From Octopus bimaculoides (lineage: Eukaryota): a DNA stretch of 64,000 nucleotides. Location: positions 29,014,865 through 29,078,864 of the forward strand of contig NC_068983.1 in NCBI RefSeq assembly GCF_001194135.2. Direction: 5' to 3'. Below the pieces are notes generated by a model. It saw only the letters and a program-made list of their open reading frames with translations, ran no database searches and was not told the origin of the DNA. Made by a program: the position numbers and the translations under genes. This document shows, one piece after another, positions 40,350 through 54,701 of this stretch (its first letter is position 1; every line of letters starts with the position of its first letter).

Positions 40350-41174
40350 CACAGATGTACACATGCATGCACATACATACACATATAAATACTTATATTC
40401 ACACACACACATACATATGCACACAAGCACAGACATGAATGTGTATGTTCGGATGAATGCATTTGTTTAAATATATGTGAATGCATGTGTGTATTGTGTG
40501 TGTGCATGTGTGTTTGTTAAAAGTGTTGCATATGTGAGATCATCAAAGATTGGGGGGGCCTAGTAATTGTAGTAACATTGTGTGTTACTAATGCATAGAG
40601 AAGTGTAAGAGAGATTGTTTCCTTAATATGTATAACGACTGGTGTGAAATGTGTACATTAAATCTGAATGAAGTATGTATATAGAAAAATAAAGAGCACT
40701 GAAGTATGGCAGCAATTGTATGGGTGTGTGTGAGTTTGTGTGTGTGATTAAAAGTAACAGGAAGGTCGTTAATAAACAGAAGACAATACAAGCCCTGTTC
40801 CTTCCCACTTACAAAATTAGGAGCTCTTCACACTTATGTTAAGTTCTCTATCCAAATAATTCAATCTCCTTGGTTAGTGCACTGCCTGCTTCATCACAGG
40901 TGAAGTAGTGTACCAACTGCAGAAATCAAGTCATTATTACCAAATCCATGGTGACATCTAAATTGTTATCACCATCCAGCATTTCCTTCAAAATCCTTGA
41001 CGTCCGTATAACTAAACTAACCTGCTTAGCAAATATTATTATTACAGGATCATTTGTAGACAAAGCAGTTCATCACTGCTTCCGCAAGATTAGTAAGAAT
41101 TGCAACTCTCACATACTTCAACATTACATTGAATATGCAGCGAGTTTGTCTTTCCCCTGGTGTATGTTTGAAAT

Positions 41175-41344
41175 AGGCGCAGGAGTGGCTGTGTGAAAAG
41201 TAGCTTGCTTACCGACCACATGGTTCCGAGTTCAGTCTCACTGCGTGGCATCTTGGGCAAGTGTCTTCTACTGTAGCCTCGGGCCGACCAAAGCCTTGTG
41301 AGTGGATTTGGTAGATGGAAACTGAAAGAACCCCAACATATATA

Positions 41345-41377
<33 letters not shown>

Positions 41378-41710
41378 NNNNNNNNNNNNNNNNNNNNNNN
41401 NNNNNNNNNNNNNNNNNNNNNNNNNNNNNNNNNNNNNNNNNNNNNNNNNNNNNNNNNNNNNNNNNNNNNNNNNNNNNNNNNNNNNNNNNNNNNNNNNNNN
41501 NNNNNNTTGTTCCCCTAGCATTGCTTGACAACCGATGCTGGTGTGTTTACGTCCCCGTCACTTAGCGGTTCGGCAAAATAGGCCGATAGAAAAAGTACTA
41601 GGCTTACAAAGAATAAGTCCCGGGGTCGATTTGCTTGACTAAAAGGCGGTGCTCCAGCATGGCCGCAGTCAAATGACTGAAACAAGGAAAAGAGTAAATG
41701 GGAAAGAGTA
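41175..41710 (+). mobile_element. Family A SINE (gap in microsatellite)
   Basis: Matches consensus. Confidence 0.85.
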
Positions 41711-42229
41711 ATCAAATTCTTTGCAAACTCTTGCTAACAAAGCACCAGCCTCTAGCTTCTTTTCACGTTCCTGTTTCTGACTCATACAGATATAGTCACA
41801 TGTTTTTCCGTTTAGATTATTACTGTCCCTCAAAGCCATGATGTAAAACACAAGGCTGGAAGATGTGTAATTACTGACATAGCAAAGAAAATACAAGGCA
41901 ATTAAAGTTACATTGTGTATGGTGGTTATTATCATAGTGTGTTCTGTGCTACCAGGTAGAACATACTAACCTGGCTTTAGCAGTACTCAAAAATAAACGT
42001 ACAGTTTTTTCAACAATTCTCCAATTGACATCATAGCTCACTGCTTTCTCCTTTAAAGACAAGATGCAATTTGATAGTTTTGATTCATTTCCTTTGTCAA
42101 TGTTCTTTCAGGAAGTGGTACAGTTTCAACATCTTTTAAAACGTTCTTTTGTCATATAAATATATCACAAATTGGTGCTAAGGTTAGGGTCTAAAGGTTT
42201 AACCTCTGCATAATATATGACAGGCTATG

Positions 42230-42790
42230 TATTGAAGAATCCATTTAAAAGGCATGTAGTATTGTCCCTATGTGATGGCCAATGCTCTGTGTAGGAAAGA
42301 CTAGGAAAACAGAGATTAGTGTGCAATCTGAGAATTGTATGCAACATGATGGAAGGGAAGAGACAAGCGAGAGAGCTTGAATGAAGTAACAATAGGAAAG
42401 GTAAGGAGAGAAAAGAGAAAAGGTAGCATGTCATAGGTCAGAGGTTGAAGCCTATTTGTGTGTGACATAATGCCAATCAGTCATGTAACTTTTCCCTAGA
42501 TGCAGTCTACAATGTTTTTGTGTGAAGCCCTTGGCTATGTTAGATATTACACTGAGACTGATTGAAGGCACCAAATTGCATTATGGTGATACATTTTGAC
42601 TATGTTAGTTGAGGGTGGCTTAGGTTCAGGAATATACTTAATGTGTTCACTTAACCCATTGCTTCCATACTTTGTTGTAAAAGCTTGCAGCTATATTGAA
42701 TGTTGTTTGTCTGAGATACAAGAGTCTCTTTGCCAATATTACAGATAAGGTTTTCAAGAAGAATGAAGGGATAGCAGGAGTCCCTGTTGA
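42230..42790 (-). mobile_element. Highly decayed CR1/Jockey-like RT N-terminal fragment
   Basis: Residual GTPAIPSFFLKTLSVILAK, PSISLSVISNI and STSDL resemble RT subdomains 0-3. Confidence 0.45.
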
Positions 42791-43159
42791 TGCATATTTT
42801 ATTTTTTATCTTTTACTTGTGGCTATGTTGAGGCATCTGAGTCAATCAAATCGTATTTCTTTTTTATAAGCTTGGTACTTATTCTCTCAGTATCTTTTGC
42901 AGACAGCTAAGTTACAGAGGCCTAAACACACCAACAACAGTTGTCAAGTAACGATGGGAGACAAACACAGACATAAACACACACACACATATATATATAT
43001 ATATACAGTAAGCTTTTTTCAGTCTCCATCTACCAGATCCGCTCACAAAGCTTCGGTTGGCCTGAAGCTTTAGCAAAAGACACTTGTCCAAGGTGCCATG
43101 TAGTAAGACTGAACCTAGAACCATGTGTTTGGGGAACAAACTTCTTACCTCTCAGCCAT

Positions 43160-44380
43160 GCATGCATCTATGGTTTATCTGTATTAAGATATAAGTTGAC
43201 ATTTAGGAAACCAACTATTGTGATATTAGTAATTACAGTAATACTAAATCCAAATTTATTAAATGTACCAATTAGATCTTTCTTTATCCAATCTCAGTCG
43301 TGTCCATTTATATTGTTAGAAATAGCTAGATTGCCATCCCTATTCAAACCTACATCCAATATGTAAAATCTGGATTTTAGCTTATCAAGGATGAATAATC
43401 AAATCAGATCACAGACTTCAGCTCTATCAAAGCAATCCAAAGTGATATCAAATGAATCATTAGTATTCATCAAGCATACAATGTTATTGTTGAAAGCAGT
43501 ATTTTCCTAGCATTCATGATTAAATCAACTTCATTGTTATCAATAACATAAAATTTTTTTTTTCAAATTCCAGGGCCTTGGAAAGAAGGGATTTGGAAAT
43601 TGATGGGTAGCATTCAGCCACATTAAACTGGGCGAATTCTCATTCATTTTTATCTCCATTATGGCTAAACTAGTTAACTACTGCATTATCATTCTGTTGT
43701 ATCTTGTAGGCATTTCTAGTTTTTGTCATTTATGCAGCTGGGTACGTGTTTGCTAACTTTCTCCAGCTCACTTTTAGAATTGGTTTATTAGCATACATTT
43801 CAGGCTTGTGGTCTTTAAAGGTTTTGTATGCTTTGTGTTTAGCTTTGCATTGCACCTTCTTATCAAGTTCAAGCAACTTTGCTATTAGTTTTGCACCACA
43901 ATTAATGCCATTGTATATATTTGTGCTGGCTTTCAAATATTTTTGTGTGACATTGTTCAAGAGTATGCATGCTTGTCTAGTTTGAACAGGATTTTTGGGG
44001 GGTTTTTGGGGGTTTTTTTTATCAGAATAGTGTAGATTTCTTTGGAGAATTCATTATATAGTCACAATATCAGATTATAAATTTCAGTTTATGTTGGAAA
44101 GCATTGCAATGTTTTGTTTGGTCTTTTTTAATATATTTTACCATACTGATTATTTCTATATTTTCTTCAAAATTCTCAAGTTCTTTTATCTATGGTAAGC
44201 AGTTGTGATCGTAGTGGATAGTATTTTCATTACAACTGTATTGTATAGTGGTATTCTCTGATTGTTTTCATGAAAATGCACATCCAGTGCATTTTTTTTT
44301 TTAATGAATTCTTCCACTTTATTTATTAGCCATATGCTATATATCTTGTGCAGTGACAGACACAATTTCCACTGAATACA
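43160..44380 (-). mobile_element. Decayed Penelope-like element reverse transcriptase fragment
   Basis: YKTFKDHKPE, FAQFNVAECYPSISKSLLSKALEF, FDITLDCFDRAEVCDL, GLNRDG (decayed YRDD) and VGFLNVNL motifs. Confidence 0.8.
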
Positions 44381-44770
44381 GGAGAATGTTTAATTCTATG
44401 TTCAAACTATCCTTCTTAGATCATTAAGAGTGCTCAACACAGTGTAGCAGTATACAGCTAGTAGTGTTTGCGAGATCATTTACAAAGTGAAAACATAAAT
44501 GAAGGAAAAGAGAACTCAATGAGATATTAGCCATCAAAGCAGACTTTGTAACAAATATTTATTAACACAGCCAACTTAACTTGGATGAGCTGTTTTAAAT
44601 GCTGTAGGCTGTGGTAATTGTCCTGAAAACAAATCATCTTGTATAGACATTAGGTGTTACAAAAGCACAGATTATATTAGCAGACAAAAATTTTGTCAGC
44701 ATTGTTGTATTAGATAGGACTGGTGTATTTTATGATTTTAGTATAAATTGTGCATCATCAGCATTATAGG

Positions 44771-45968
44771 CATAGGAGTGGCTGTGTGGTAAGTAGCTTG
44801 CTTACGAACTTCATGGTTCCAGGTTCAGTCCCACAGAGTGGCACCTTGGGCAAGTGTCTTCTACTATAGCCTCAGGCTGACCAAAGCCTTGTGAGTGGAT
44901 GTGGTAGACGGAAACTGAAAGAAGCCCGTCATATATATATATATATATATATAACGTGAGAGAGTTAGGGGTTGGGGGTACAACCCACTAAGGGATAGTA
45001 TCTATCCAGTATACTGCTGGGAGGGTACCCAATTATTGCTACACTAGTGCTATACTAGGTGCAATCAATGGGAGCGGGTAAAAGTGGAGGTTTTACCCAA
45101 AATTTGTGTAACAATTAGAAAATGGAGGATAATATGCTGAACCCAACTACTTGCAGATGGTGTATCCCGTTGAATTCATTAATTTAATTCATAGCAANNN
45201 NNNNNNNNNNNNNNNNNNNNNNNNNNNNNNNNNNNNNNNNNNNNNNNNNNNNNNNNNNNNNNNNNNNNNNNNNNNNNNNNNNNNNNNNNNNNNNNNNNNN
45301 NNNNNNNNNNNNNNNNNNNNNNNNNNNNNNNNNNNNNNNNNNNNNNNNNNNNNNNNNNNNNNNNNNNNNNNNNNNNNNNNNNNNNNNNNNNNNNNNNNNN
45401 NNNNNNNNNNNNNNNNNNNNNNNNNNNNNNNNNNNNNNNNNNNNNNNNNNNNNNNNNNNNNNNNNNNNNNNNNNNNNNNNNNNNNNNNNNNNNNNNNNNN
45501 NNNNNNNNNNNNNNNNNNNNNNNNNNNNNNNNNNNNNNNNNNNNNNNNNNNNNNNNNNNNNNNNNNNNNNNNNNNNNNNNNNNNNNNNNNNNNNNNNNNN
45601 NNNNNNNNNNNNNNNNNNNNNNNNNNNNNNNNNNNNNNNNNNNNNNNNNNNNNNNNNNNNNNNNNNNNNNNNNNNNNNNNNNNNNNNNNNNNNNNNNNNN
45701 NNNNNNNNNNNNNNNNNNNNNNNNNNNNNNNNNNNNNNNNNNNNNNNNNNNNNNNNNNNNNNNNNNNNNNNNNNTTGTCCCCCGCAACATCGCTTGACAA
45801 CCGATGCTGGTGTGTTTACGTCCCCGCTATTCAGCAGTTCGGCAAAAGAGACTGATAGAATAAGTACTAGGCTCACAGAATAAGTCCTGGGGTCGATTTG
45901 CTCGCCTAAAGGCGGTGCTCCAGCCTGGCCACAGTCAAATGACTGAAACAAGTAAAAGAGTAAAAGAG
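44771..45968 (+). mobile_element. Family A SINE halves separated by an insertion and a gap
   Basis: Head 44771-44950, foreign sequence 44953-45197, gap, right arm 45775-45968. Confidence 0.75.
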
Positions 45969-46042
45969 TGAAAGAGCAATTTACACTGAAATTATGTAAT
46001 ACAAATAGTCTCAACCACCAGTGCTGAGGAAATTTTCGTTTA

Positions 46043-46571
46043 TGAAGTCGTATCAAAAATTTCCTAGGCTAGTTTTGTAGTGTGCCAACAGATGGCAGCA
46101 CACAGTTGTGTGAGCAGTGAGAGCTAGCAGTGACCTTCATGAGACAGTGTGCCAAATGACATCACTGTGTTTACTTTGCCTGTTGTGAAATTTGTGTTTT
46201 TTGTGATCAGGTGTATGCTGTAGTCTGTGATTTTGTCGTGGACAAGAAGTTGGAGAGCAAAATGTCAACATGAAATTTTGAGTTAAACTTGGGAAGTCTA
46301 CTACAGAGACATTGAGTACAACCCTGAGACAAAGTAGCAGTCATCATCACAATAGAAGAGCCCTTCATCTCCATGACCAAATAAGGCACAACCAGAGCTG
46401 CAGCTCAATCAAGAGCATACTCTTTTACTCTTTTACTTGTTTCAGTCATTTTACTGCGGCCATGCTGGGGCACCGCTTTTAGTCGAGAAAATCGCCCCCA
46501 GGACTTATTCTTTGTAAGCCTACTANNNNNNNNNNNNNNNNNNNNNNNNNNNNNNNNNNNNNNNNNNNNNN

Positions 46572-46608
<37 letters not shown>

Positions 46609-47276
46609 TACAACGGGCTTCTTTCAGTTTCTGTCTACCAAATCCACTCACAAGGCTTTGGTTGGCCCGAGGCTATAGTAGAAGACATTTGCCCAAGGTG
46701 CCACGCAGTGGGACTGAACCCGGAACCATGTGGTTGGTAAGCAAGCTACTTACCACACAGCCACTCCTGTGCTCATCATTTTATTTTTTTGGGGCATCCA
46801 GACCATTAACTGAGATCTCTTCTGCAATGCTCTGAAGCATATGAGGAAGGACATTTGGTGAAAATGACCTGATCAGTAGAGCACAAAGAACTGGATTCTT
46901 CATGATGGCAATACACTCTGTCACCGAGCTCTCCTTACTCTTGAGTTTCTTGCCAAAAACAACATGGTATCACTTCCACACCTGCCCTATTCACTAGATT
47001 TAGCACCTCCAAGGATCTTACTGTTCCCCCAAAATGAAAATGCAGCTCAGCGGTTGCCGTTTTAACACTGTCGTCAAGATCAAGACATTATTGCAGAAGA
47101 TCCTTGACTTGTTTATAGAAAATTACTTCCAGGCTGGATTCAAAAGTAGCAGGAATACTGGAACTGGTGTACTGCTGTGCAAGGTGGCTATCTCAAAGGA
47201 GATCATGTTAAAACTTAGATAAATAAGTTATCTTTTATTAAACATAACTAGTCCAGGAACTCTTTGATACCACCAA
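46043..47276 (+). mobile_element. Decayed, deleted mariner element interrupted by a SINE (46410-46768)
   Basis: TIR-like gtatcaaaaatttcctaggctag / ctagtccaggaactctttgatac; DKKLE..VKLGKS N-terminus and WILHDGN..LPHLPYSLDLAP C-terminus. Confidence 0.8.
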
Positions 47277-47712
47277 TATAATGTGCTTTTTTAGCACCTA
47301 ATGGCTAAGAGAACAATTTATCAGGATGATAATCACAGACTATAGCATTCAAAACAATATATCCAAGCTAAGCTAGATATGCTAATTAATAGAGAACTCA
47401 ATACCTTAGAAGAGTAAATATTTAATGCTTTGATTAAAGTTCAGCTTCTAGTATTCAGTTAATGGAAGTTTCATATCTTCAGGATATTCATCATACTGGA
47501 ACTGAGCTTAATGAACTGTTGATCCTCTAACAATCACATCATTTAAATCTTGTTCAGATAATTGTTTGCTTACATATTGAGCTTGGAATGATGACGGTGT
47601 TCCAGTTTATTTCATGTGTGTGAGTATATTCACACATACACACACATACCAGCACATATACACATGAAATAGAGGCATACACTTACACATTTATACATAT
47701 TAGCACAAACTG

Positions 47713-47787
<75 letters not shown>

Positions 47788-47827
47788 TACACTTACATAC
47801 ATACATATAAATATAAATATATATCTT

Positions 47828-47863
<36 letters not shown>

Positions 47864-48410
47864 CATTTATATATATATATATAAATATATATATAAATAA
47901 AAGGGTAAAGGAATATTAATTAATTAATAAATTAATAATTAATAATTTTTATATTAGAAAACACTTGCCAAAGGTGCCACACAGTGGGACTGAACCTGAA
48001 ACCATACATATGAACAATTGCAGCATGGAAGATGTTTGTAAGCCATTCAAGAACACACAAAAACCATTAGTTTCACTTCAACATTTAAATTTCATATGTG
48101 TCAAAATATTTTCGTTGCTTTGAAACGATGACCTGTTCACTAGCAAAAGTTCATGCTACGTATACATATAAATGCGGAGTAGATGGAATGGGGACAACAG
48201 ATGAAGGGAAATATTCTTTATGTTGCATGTCTCATCCCTCTGTTTTTTTTCATTGTTCAAAAAAAGTTTGTTTTCTGTTTTCGTTTCTCATTGTGTTTAG
48301 CGTCTTTTGTGATGTCCTGTACCCATATGTGCACGTATGTATACATATAGATGTAGGTATGTACATATATGTATGGATATATGCATATATTTATATATTA
48401 TTTATATTCT

Positions 48411-48451
<41 letters not shown>

Positions 48452-48537
48452 CATTCATATATATATATTGATATACACACACACACATTCATGTGTATAC
48501 ATATATCAGCCATCACCCTCATTGTTTTCAACATTTG

Positions 48538-48573
<36 letters not shown>

Positions 48574-48586
48574 GTACACTGCTTAC

Positions 48587-48668
48587 CACACCTGGGCATA
48601 TATCAACAGCAGCAGGCACATTATTTAGAGTACGCCGTAACCTAACACCATCAGCGGACAAATGATTT
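48587..48668 (-). CDS. Gene C candidate exon (NHLSADGVRLRRTLNNVPAAVDICPGV)
   Basis: ctaatgctgtttcttcaacttgcag acceptor with branch-like ctaat; GTG|GTAAGC donor; only one frame open; phase 2 in, matching the 57897 exon. Confidence 0.55.
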
Positions 48669-50382
48669 CTGCAAGTTGAAGAAACAGCATTAGTGCTGAC
48701 TTTTCAGAGAATCTCAGTTAACATTGAGTGAAGAGGAGAATTGAACTAGCATCGAGTTTATAGCTACAAGTCAATACCGCAATGGATGTTGAAGAGATAT
48801 TTGATCCTAGCCTAACATAAGCTGACAGGTGGAAAACTTTTACAGATTTGCGTGGAGTGGGGATGAATTGAGGTTGATACATATTCATCGATTCTGCCCA
48901 CTATTGGTTAGAACCCATTTTATGTAAGATCTCACTAGATTGATGTCTGTAGAATCTATAATACAAGAAGGAGATGCATTTGCCAGCTGGAAAAGTATGA
49001 TTATGTGTGTTTCATTGATGCATGTCAGAACAGATTCCAACGCTGACTTATAGATCTTATATAGAACACTGTCTAAGTTTTACATTACTCTAGAAAGGTT
49101 CCATAACACACTTTGCATGTGCACACACACACACATATATGTACTTATACACACACACATATATGTACTTATACACACACACATACATACAGGAAAAATT
49201 ATAAAGCTTGTGTAATGGAACAATATATAGGGTTTAGCTGTTGTCATTGTTGGGAAGACAGGTGGTTGTGGTGGTGGTGGTGGTTGTGGTGGTAGTAGCA
49301 GTGCTAGATAAGAGAAAGCAGTACTCAGATAAACAAAATGTAACACACCTAGTTGTTATTATTGGTTTGAACTGGTTTGCTGCATTAATTTTTCTCAAAT
49401 GACTTGAGCATAGGTACAAATATCTAAACTTTTAATTTTGCTAGTGCACACCATCATTGGAAGATCTAACATGTTCAATGTGGAGAGAAAAGCCCTGCAT
49501 TCATTGTAAAGGACAGATGTTCATTGTTGAGAAAAGAATCAGTGTTCACTGTTTGGAGGTGGACTGGTTTTTACAATAAAGAGAAGGGTTTATGTTCACT
49601 GTGTGCAATGATCATTGTTCACCATCAAGAACAATGCCATACATATCAAGGTCCCATACATATCAAGGAAAGAACCTGTGATCTCTGTTGGATAAGGGCT
49701 ATTTATCAAATAATTCCTAGGATGGAATTGTTAGAGGGCCAGGAGAGATTCTTCACAGTATCTGTTTCAACATATAACCTTATAGCCATGTGGATATAAC
49801 ATCAGAAGGCTGTATTGGTCAAATTCTCCAGCATGAACATGATGCTTTGTAAGCATGATAGCAAAAGGCTAAATTTAACTGCAATATTAAAATGTACCAA
49901 GTGGATTTATAACATTGGAATGCTATGACAGTCAAACTCTCCAGCATGAACATGTAACCATGTAGACATAACATCAAAAGACTAAGTAAAACTCTCCAAC
50001 ATGAAGCTAAGTGGATATAACATCAGATTATCTAACTTTCCAACATTAAAATGGCACTGTGCAGCAATAAAATCAGAAGACTAAATGTCTGACTTAAAAA
50101 GAAGTAACTTTGTGTTCTATGGAACAAAACATTTCTTGTTAAGAAGCAGAGGTTGTAGTCAATTGATTTTAACCTTAGTTTCTTGCCGATAATGGTGATG
50201 GGCTAGCAAAATAGAATGTCAGACAAAATTTCTTGCAGCATTTAGTTGTGGTATTTAGTTAGTTTCTAATTTTAAATTATTTTGGATTTGATAAAATAAA
50301 CTATCACTAAGTACAGGGTTCGATATAATCAACCAGACTAAGGTGGCGAACTTGCAGAATTATTAACATATTGAGCAAAATA

Positions 50383-51304
50383 TTGGGTCATCCCATAAAT
50401 AATGCGGTTTTCTCAATTGCATGAACTAAAAGTCAGCAGTGGATGGGACAAACTACCTGCATCAACTTGCTATAAAAGCAGGTAGTAATTTTACCTTGTA
50501 TTTATTCTTGATGCAAGTTTTGAAGAGTGCAGTTCGATTGTTAGAGTTATTTTTTCAAAACTATAATGAAAGTGACAAAGGAGCATATTCAACATATTTT
50601 GCTTCATGAGTTCAATAAAGGCAACAACACAATGGAAAGTGCAAGGAGTATTATTGCAGTATATGAGGATCAGACAATAAGCATAAGCCAGTATCAACAG
50701 TGCTTCCAGAAATTCCAAGCCGGAAACTACAGCCTAGAAGACGAGCCTCATCCTGGAAGATCTGTAGAGACCAACGCAGATGTCCTGCAAACCCTGGTCG
50801 AACAAAATCCCATCGTAACTGGGGAGGAACTAGCAGAGAAGCTTGGATTTGGTCATTCAACCAGTCATTCAAGTCAGCACTAGAAGAAAAACGACCATTT
50901 TTGGTTTCAAGATGAAAGGTATTCTTTCATCAGGATAATGCTTGGCCACATACAGTGAGAATGACATTCCAAAGGCTGGAGCAGTTTCAATGGGAAACGA
51001 TGCTCCACCCACCATATTTGCTGGACATTGCCCATCTGATTATCATTTATTCCACAATCTTCAAAATTATTTGGACAGAAAAAATATGAATTCTGTAGAT
51101 GAGATCAGAACAAGTACTGGAGGAGTATTTTTTATCACAGACAAGTGAATTTTGGAAGAGGAGCCTTGCAAGTCTACCAGATAGATGGAAGAGCATTGCA
51201 GAAAATGAAAGAGAGTATATTTTAAATTAAAAAAGAACTTTGTTTATCTTAATTTTGAAAAATAAAAGTATTAAAAAAATCACATTATTTATGGGATGAC
51301 CTAA
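50383..51304 (+). mobile_element. Internally deleted mariner element inserted into a SINE
   Basis: TIRs ttgggtcatcccataaataatg / cattatttatgggatgacctaa with TA TSD; N-terminal HTH (LEDEPHPGRS) joined directly to HQDNAWPH and HPPY..D motifs; SINE head continues on both sides. Confidence 0.9.
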
Positions 51305-52599
51305 TATTTAGGCGGCATTTCATCAGGCTTTACATTCTGAGTTCAAATTCTGCCAAGGTTGACATTGCTTTTTATCCTTATGAGGTTGAAAAAATAAGTA
51401 CCAATTGAACACTGGGATCACTGTGATCAACTTACCCCACTCCTGAAATTGCTGGCTTTGTGCCAAAATTTTAAACCAATATTGTGAGTAAGACTAAGGC
51501 AGCAAGCTTGCAAAAACCATTACCATGCTGGAGAAAATGCCTAGAGTAATTTTTTTTCGCAATTTAACATCCTGAATTTAAATGCCACCAAGTTTGTCTT
51601 TACTTTTCATTCTTTCGGGGACAATAAAATAAGTACCAGTTGAGCACTGGGGTTAATGTAATTGACTTACTCCAACCCCTGAAATTACTGGTCTTGCGCC
51701 AAAATTCGAAACCAATATACTCAACAATATTCTGCCCTGCATCCTATCTTAATATGAGTCTTTAACATCGATTTTAGAAAGCAATATTATAGATGCTGAT
51801 TAGTAGTATGATTGAAGATGTATCTCAAAAATTAGCAGATTAAAATTATACATTAATACTTATTTTTACTTTGTATGCTCCCTCTCACATACAAGCCCAA
51901 CCATGTTCAATTTAATGACTATAAGATGTTTAATTTTAAAATAATATATTTATTCTGTATCATCTGGTATGTAGTGAAACAAAAGTGTGTCACCATCCAG
52001 TCCTTAAAAGACTGGAAAGCATCGACTTAGATGCTCCCTTGTTGGTTAATATCAGGTTCCTGTGTTGAGCCCTTAGGTATGATATATAACTATTTGTTTC
52101 AGTCTGGTGAGCTTACTCTTACATTTTCAGTTCGGTGATTTACAGTATGAGAGGATCTAGTTAGAAAAAAAATAATTGCTCCCTCCAGCAATGTAAGCTC
52201 ATGAACGCTATTCTACCTCAGATACTATGAAAAAATGTGTAAAGCAGTCACTGGAAAAACAAAACAAAAAACAAATATTTCATGAAAATAAGAAAAAAAA
52301 AATTTTAATAAACTAAACTTCTTTTCTTGAACATATACAGTTGATTAAACTATCTATCACAGGACATCTTGAGCCAGAGGGCAACTGTATGTAGGCATTC
52401 TAGATGTTAAGTCAAGTATAACTTCATATGATCTAGTATATATAACATTAGCTAAGGATATGTACACACTAAGAAACAAACAAAAAGAGAAGGAAAGAAA
52501 GAAAGAATAAAGAAAGAAAGAATAAAGAAAGAAAGAAAGAAGATACATACATGCATAGACAAACAGATGGACAGACAGACAGACAAACATATCACATAA

Positions 52600-53536
52600 G
52601 TCTTATCAGAATTGTGCTTATGCAGAATTATTAGAGCAACAGATAAAATACCAGTGCTATTTAGTGATAATCTTTTACACTCCAACCAACCAGGGCAGGT
52701 AATATACTGGATCTCTGCTTCACAAATAATATGGATCTCGTCCATAATGTGAAAGTGACACCGACACTACTCTCAGATCACAATATGATAGAGCTGACCA
52801 TGTATGGACCAAAGGAAACTATGGACATGCAGCCTACAAGAAACTCCCAAAATCTTTCCAGCTTGAACTTCCATAAGGCAAACTGGAAACAAATTGAGAA
52901 AGAGATCCTCAAACAAAACTGGCCTAATTGTCTCTCCTCACTGTACATCGACATGAAACTTCAACAATTCATGTGTATAATGCAAGCCATATGCTACAAA
53001 TATGTCCCAGAGAGAAAAGCCACTGTACACAAAAGCAAAATCCCCAGGGAGAGGAAAATTCTTATGAGACAGCATACAAAAATTTCAAATCATCTAAACA
53101 AACAAATTGAAAGCAGTGAAAAATCCTGAAAATACAACTGCTAGAGGTTGAAAAAAATCTGCAACTCTCCCATGAAAAAGAAAGAGCAGACGAAGAAGAC
53201 TGGGCTATAGACAATATAAAATCTAACCCCAGACCCTTCTACAATTTTGCCAAAGAAACGGCTTCGGTGCACTGCAGGGTAGGGCCACTCCTCGAAAAAG
53301 ATGATTCACTCACAGGAAGTCCAATGAAAGTAAGTGAAATAGTAAATGAGCAATTCAAAAGTGTTTTCACTCCATCCCTAGGACACTTGCAAGTCAGCAA
53401 TCCAGCTGACTTTTTTGCCACTGCAGATATAAAAGCAGAGGCAGTGATGATTAATTATAAAAATATAAAAGAAGACAATGTAATAAGGGCTATAGATGAG
53501 ATGAACCCGAACTCGGCTACTGGCCCTGATGGATTC
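52600..53536 (+). mobile_element. CR1-clade LINE ORF2 fragment (end of APE endonuclease to start of RT), truncated by a SINE
   Basis: PTRAGNILDLCFTN, LSDHNMI, LNFHKANW, NEQFKSVFT, SATGPDGFP; one frameshift near 53120. Confidence 0.88.
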
Positions 53537-53658
53537 CCACATGGTTCCGGGTTCATTCCCACTGTGTGGCACCTTGGGCAAGTGTCTTCTACTATAGCCT
53601 TGGACCGACCAAAGCCTTGTGAATGGATTTGGCAGACGAAAACTGAAAGAAGCCTGTC

Positions 53659-53693
<35 letters not shown>

Positions 53694-53932
53694 TATATAT
53701 TTATGTGTGTGTTTATGTTTGTGTGTCTGTGTTTGTCCCCCCAGCATCACTTGACAACCGATGGTGGTGTGTTTACGTCCCTGTAACTTAGCGGTTCGGC
53801 AAAAGAGACCAATAGAATAAGTACTAGGCTTCCAAAGAATAAGTCCCGAGGTCGATTTGCTCGACTAAAAGGCGGTGCTCCAGCATGACCGCAGTCAAAT
53901 GACTGAAACAAGTAAAAGAGTAAAAGAGTAAA
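53537..53932 (+). mobile_element. Family A SINE, 5'-truncated, fused to the CR1 fragment
   Basis: Begins at ccacatggttccggg directly after the GPDGFP codons. Confidence 0.85.
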
Positions 53933-54026
53933 ATAATAGTTCAAATTTATAGAAAAACAAGAGACAAATACAGGTGTAGGAACAACAAGCAAATGTATTA
54001 GTTTGACATTTGGGAAACTAGAAAAG

Positions 54027-54065
54027 TCTTTTATGTTTCGAGCCTATACTCATTGACAGAAAAGA
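54027..54065 (-). ncRNA. Decayed hammerhead-like motif, copy 3 (repeat about 53935-54115)
   Basis: tcttt CTGTCAA t GAG tatagg CTC GAAA ca ta aaag. Confidence 0.3.
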
Positions 54066-54701
54066 ATAAGAGGAAATAAATAGAGAGAGAATGAAAAAAA
54101 TGTGTAGAGTTGAGTGGTCCAATACTGATTAATTTATATTGTTTTGAATTAATTATGTAGTCCACACTGCTGAGTGTTTGATGTTAGGAAGGGCATCCAG
54201 CTGTAAAAATCCTGTCATAACAGTCACAGAAGCCTGGTGCAAGCTTTGACCTGGCCAGTTCTTGCTGTACTATGTGGTAGCATGGAACACAGACATTAAA
54301 TGATGATGATGATGATGATATATCATACCTTTGAGATTTTGATGATGTGATTGTTTATTTTTAGAATGACAATGTAAGGTAGATGTGAGAGGCTGGATCT
54401 GGTCAGTATGGATTTGGGTAGGGCTAAATCACCAATGATTCTTGACCTTACATTGTCCCAGATAATGTTTAGAGGCTGAAATATTTTGTACCCTGCCAAG
54501 CCTTCATTTGCTGCCCCATCTTCTTGTATCCTTGAGCCTGCTTCTCATCTACCTCTAGTTCATCTATCTCTTCATCTGTCCCTTTATTACTCACCAACCT
54601 CCATCTCTCATCTCCCTACCACCTGCGCTGACTGCATCGTCCTCATTACACTCACTCCCTTTGACCTTCACTAGGCCTTTATATAAGAGACCGAATTAGA
54701 C

